DNA of 64,000 nt, from the IMG/VR virus record IMGVR_UViG_3300027747_002427. The stretch is one strand, 5' to 3'. Made by a program: the position numbers and the translations under genes. The stretch is from a virus (taxonomy: Duplodnaviria; Caudoviricetes). The notes under the pieces are model-generated. The model was not told the DNA's origin. It saw only the letters and a list, made by a program, of their open reading frames with translations, and ran no database searches. Positions 60,444 through 64,000 of this stretch are shown here, piece after piece (positions within the stretch are counted from its first letter, which is position 1; each line of letters begins with the position of its first letter).

Positions 60444-61415
60444 TTAAAACAAGTCTGATTCGTCAAAAGATTGATTCTTTTTTGAGTACTCAACTGGACG
60501 AGAATGGAAAAAGTCGGTCATGTTATTTCCAAGAAGCTCTTCTTCAAACCATTTAGTTTTGCTTAATAATTCCTTATCAACTTCAAAAACCGGTTTGAAC
60601 TTAATTTGTTTGAGAGAATCATTAATACGATTCTTAATAAATTCTTTAAGAATAGGTGCAGTAAGATTTTCTTCTTTAATACCGTTAACCATCCAATCAA
60701 CAATTTCTGATTCGGATTCAAAAGCTTGCTTTGCTTCATGTGCAATCTTTGCTTCCAATTCTTCATCAAAAAGCTCTGGATACTCTTCTCTAATTGTATT
60801 AATGATTCTAGTACCAACAAGTCCATGAATCTGTTCTTCGTTACGAGTATACTTTACTTGTTGATCAGTATCCTTTAAGACATTCTTAAATCTCGCAAAC
60901 CAATTAATGACATAGAATTGTGAGAATAGAGAAACATTCTCAACGAACAATGTAAATAAGATTAAAGCATAAAGATATTGCTTCTTGGAATCCTTATAGA
61001 AGCGATGTGTATACTTTCTAAGATATTTTACACGACCTTCAATCCAATCTAACTTGAGGTTCTCTTCAAAAATATCTTCCAAGCCAAGAGCTGAAATTAA
61101 TCTTTCATATGCATTGTTATGAATAACTTCCACGTTAGCCATTACATATCCAAGATCAGAAAGTGATGGGTGAGGAAGATTCTCACCAAGTTTTGCCCAA
61201 AAGGTTTTGACTGCTATTTCAATTTGACCGATAGCTGAGAGAGTACGGATAACAATTTCTCTTTCCTGATCATTAAGATTTACTTTAAATTGTTGAATAT
61301 CAGATTTAAAATTGAATTCTTTGTCGGTCCAAAAGCCGTTGTGCATGGCTTCAATAAATTCTTCTGTCCAAGGATAAAGGTTAGGTTTGCGTGAAATTTG
61401 TTCATTGAATATCAT
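60444..61415 (-). CDS. nrdB: Ribonucleotide reductase class Ia beta subunit
   Basis: FWTDKEF, EVIHNNAY, FVENVSLFSQF, NEEQIH, DFF. Confidence 0.95.
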   Translation of the reverse strand: MIFNEQISRKPNLYPWTEEFIEAMHNGFWTDKEFNFKSDIQQFKVNLNDQEREIVIRTLSAIGQIEIAVKTFWAKLGENLPHPSLSDLGYVMANVEVIHNNAYERLISALGLEDIFEENLKLDWIEGRVKYLRKYTHRFYKDSKKQYLYALILFTLFVENVSLFSQFYVINWFARFKNVLKDTDQQVKYTRNEEQIHGLVGTRIINTIREEYPELFDEELEAKIAHEAKQAFESESEIVDWMVNGIKEENLTAPILKEFIKNRINDSLKQIKFKPVFEVDKELLSKTKWFEEELLGNNMTDFFHSRPVEYSKKNQSFDESDLF

Positions 61416-61464
61416 ATATTTGTCTTCTATTTAGTAAATGATTATCTATATTTTCAGATAATAA

Positions 61465-61890
61465 TCACTTAGTTTTTGAAGTATTTTTTTTATTCAATAA
61501 CCTTTTGTTTTTCAAGTATTTACGCTTTCTGTATTTGGATCTTTTTTCTATCTTCTCTAAAAAATTCTTTTGTATTTCAGATTTATAAATTTTAGATGAA
61601 ATGTGTTTCAGGAAAGCCGCGTTTTCTAATTGTGAAACACCATTAATGATTCTCTTTTCTGTATAAAGAACTTGTGTTTCACTCCATTCTGGGAACAAAT
61701 AATGTATACATTCATGGTAGGCTGTAGCTAATAATTCTCCGCTTGGATTAAACACTAAATCAGTCCAATTACATAAGCCATGTGTACCTCTCATCTTTTT
61801 TAATGAAAAGAACTCAGCTGGTTTACGTTTAACCAAACTTAAACACCTTTTATATATAATAGATATTTCATTTTTGGTTATCTTTTTCAT
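61465..61890 (-). CDS. Hypothetical protein with HExxH motif
   Basis: AYHECIHYLFPEWSE. Confidence 0.5.
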   Translation of the reverse strand: MKKITKNEISIIYKRCLSLVKRKPAEFFSLKKMRGTHGLCNWTDLVFNPSGELLATAYHECIHYLFPEWSETQVLYTEKRIINGVSQLENAAFLKHISSKIYKSEIQKNFLEKIEKRSKYRKRKYLKNKRLLNKKNTSKTK

Positions 61891-61938
61891 TTCAATACTT
61901 AGATTATAAAAGCCTTTTAATTCATTTCAAGTTGATAG

Positions 61939-63180
61939 TTGTTTATATTGCTTTATATTAATAGAAGTATGTTCAATTTAAATAGCAAAAATATAATGAA
62001 ATTGTCTAAAGATAATGGTGAAATTTATTATAACCTTGTCAATGACAACGAGTTTCCTATAAGAAGATATATAGAAAACACTTACGGGGTAGCCCCTAGT
62101 TTTTGCTATCCTGATGAAGAATTTACTGGTGAAATATTATCGTTTCTTTTAAAAGGTGGTAAATTAATGAATTTTACTTCCACTGGAAAGATAGAATTAT
62201 TAGAAAAAGACAGTATCAAAGGAGTAAGAGGTGGTACTTTTTGGTTTCTGTATAAAAAGGTTTTTGTAAGATTATCCATTAAAAATCAAACCGATGAAAA
62301 AGAACATCTTTCTATTTCAGCCGGATTTAGCCCTCCATTAGAATGGTCTGAGGTAGAAAAAGATAAACAATATTCACCTTCACAAATTTTTAATTTAGGT
62401 TTCATATTTCCTTCTAATGTTCAAGATATTCCTTTTAAAGATTTTGTAGAATTTATTCATAAACCAGCTAAAGGTAGAGTTCATCTTTTTATTAAGACAC
62501 AATATGGTGAATATGATTTTGAGCCTATTTCAGTGGATATTCCAGATAATGTTGATTTAGCATTAAATTATGGAAAAGACTTCGTAGAAATAGATAAAAC
62601 TATTAAAGAAAGACTTTCAGAAAAATCTAGTGGTCTTTATATGTTCCATGGACCTCCAGGAACAGGTAAGACTACCTATATCAAGTATTTAGCAGGTCAA
62701 ATTGATAGAGATTTTATCTATATTCCTACAAGTATGTTAGAATTCTTTACTTCAGATCCAAATAGCTTATCAGTTCTGTTACAAAAACCTAATTCAATTC
62801 TTATTTTAGAAGACGCAGAAAAGGCTATTATTAAAAGAGAAGATAATGGCATGGCTTCTTCTGTATCATCACTTTTAAATCTGTCTGATGGTATTATGAG
62901 TGATATCTTAAAAACAGCAGTCGTATTAACTTATAATTGCTCTAGACAAGAAGTTGATGAAGCTTTAAAAAGAAAAGGTCGTCTTCGTGTTGATTATGAA
63001 TTTGATCTTCTAAAGATTGAAGATGCTAAAAATTTAGCAAAGTCCTTGAATTATTCTGATAAACTAATAGAATCAGAGATTAAAGAAAAGATGTCTATTG
63101 CTGATATTTATAACTTAAAAGATAAAGTTAATTTCTATGAAGAGAAGGAAGAAGACGTTCCGCGTATTGGATTTAGATAA
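61939..63180 (+). CDS. AAA+ ATPase
   Basis: GPPGTGKT, LILEDAE, LLNLSDG, ALKRKGRL. Confidence 0.9.
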   Translation: MFILLYINRSMFNLNSKNIMKLSKDNGEIYYNLVNDNEFPIRRYIENTYGVAPSFCYPDEEFTGEILSFLLKGGKLMNFTSTGKIELLEKDSIKGVRGGTFWFLYKKVFVRLSIKNQTDEKEHLSISAGFSPPLEWSEVEKDKQYSPSQIFNLGFIFPSNVQDIPFKDFVEFIHKPAKGRVHLFIKTQYGEYDFEPISVDIPDNVDLALNYGKDFVEIDKTIKERLSEKSSGLYMFHGPPGTGKTTYIKYLAGQIDRDFIYIPTSMLEFFTSDPNSLSVLLQKPNSILILEDAEKAIIKREDNGMASSVSSLLNLSDGIMSDILKTAVVLTYNCSRQEVDEALKRKGRLRVDYEFDLLKIEDAKNLAKSLNYSDKLIESEIKEKMSIADIYNLKDKVNFYEEKEEDVPRIGFR

Positions 63181-63965
63181 TGGATAATTTTGCTAAATTA
63201 GAAAAGACCTTTGATAATATTCTATTTGTAGATAAAGATCATAGTTATAGAATTAATGGTAAGATTGCCAAGTATTCTGTAACTAAGATTCTTAAAAAAT
63301 ATGAGAAGCCATTTCCGAGAGATGAGATGGCTAAACACGTTGCTAATAAGAAAGGAGTTCTTATTGAAGATATTCTTCAGGAATGGGATTATAAGAGAGA
63401 CTATTCTTCTCACAAGGGTTCAGAGTTCCATTTGTTTGCTGAAAATTATTTGCAGCGTAGACAAATACCTATTGATAGAAAAGCTATAGAGGTTTTTTTA
63501 AAAGAAAATCATAATATAGGAACTGTAGAAGAATATTATAAAGAACAAGCTCATCTTATTACTAACTTTTTAAATTTTTATAATTGGTGGAAAGAAGATC
63601 ATGTTTTAGTAAAGCCAGAATTTGTAGTAGGAGATGAAGAAGCTAGTGTTTGCGGTACTATAGACAATCTTTCATATAATACAAAGACTAAAAAATTAGT
63701 TATATTTGACTACAAGACTAATAAAGCAATTGAAAAGAAAAATTCTAGAGGAGATACTTTATTAGCTCCTTTCCAATATCTTCCTTCATGTGAATTTGTA
63801 AAATATAGTTTACAACTTTGTCTTTATCAGCACATTATAGAAAAGCATACTGGTATGGAAATTGAAAAGAATTATATAGTGTGGGTAAACGGCAAAGATG
63901 ATTATGAATTAATAGAATGTTTAGACCTAAGTAAAGAGGTAGAGCAAATATTAAAAGATGCTTGA
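63180..63965 (+). CDS. PD-(D/E)XK exonuclease (phage Exo/Cas4-like superfamily)
   Basis: SVT, KGSEFH, PEF, GTIDNL, IFDYKT, YSLQL. Confidence 0.85.
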   Translation: MDNFAKLEKTFDNILFVDKDHSYRINGKIAKYSVTKILKKYEKPFPRDEMAKHVANKKGVLIEDILQEWDYKRDYSSHKGSEFHLFAENYLQRRQIPIDRKAIEVFLKENHNIGTVEEYYKEQAHLITNFLNFYNWWKEDHVLVKPEFVVGDEEASVCGTIDNLSYNTKTKKLVIFDYKTNKAIEKKNSRGDTLLAPFQYLPSCEFVKYSLQLCLYQHIIEKHTGMEIEKNYIVWVNGKDDYELIECLDLSKEVEQILKDA

Positions 63966-64000
63966 AGTAAAATTTTAATTGAAATGGACATCAATTGAGG

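Noticed and set aside
58739-61415. Introns or inteins in nrdA/nrdB
   Set aside because: Both ORFs are continuous and of compact length, with no intein motifs; the two HNH genes are free-standing elsewhere.
63180-63965. CRISPR-associated Cas4
   Set aside because: No four-Cys Fe-S motif and no cas context; it fits a generic phage PD-(D/E)XK exonuclease.

Overview
A 64-kb segment of a large, AT-rich, lytic tailed phage with T4-like/jumbo-like features. It shows no host chromosomal hallmarks. Recognisable genes include nrdA/nrdB, purA, guaC, hpt, cysC, a dCMP deaminase, a lysis cassette, three metallophosphoesterases, two HNH nucleases, 16 tRNA-like genes and a tmRNA. Main unexplained structure: (1) An 18.4-29 kb block in which about 25 small genes each sit directly behind a copy of one repeated sigma70-type promoter (TTGAnn-17-TATACT/TATAAT). 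The ATG is usually exactly 6 nt after the -10 box, so the mRNAs look leaderless. Most genes start MKNK, several upstream genes use the next copy's -35 TGA as their stop codon, and a 47-bp duplication looks like a cassette caught being inserted through the repeat. The block has GC-rich codon usage unlike the rest of the window and is bracketed by palindromic GACCG motifs. (2) About 18 unrelated proteins, many behind a TAA[A/G]TA late-type motif, carry T4-like capsid-targeting/prohead-protease N-termini; these include a HiPIP-like Fe-S protein, a PRTase-like protein, a P-loop kinase and an apparent polyprotein. (3) Atypical RNAs: a UAU-anticodon tRNA with a long variable arm, a Ser-ACU tRNA, a tmRNA with a 34-aa tag, and two unannotated structured RNA candidates. 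All family calls come from motif recognition by eye; no database search or folding program was run.
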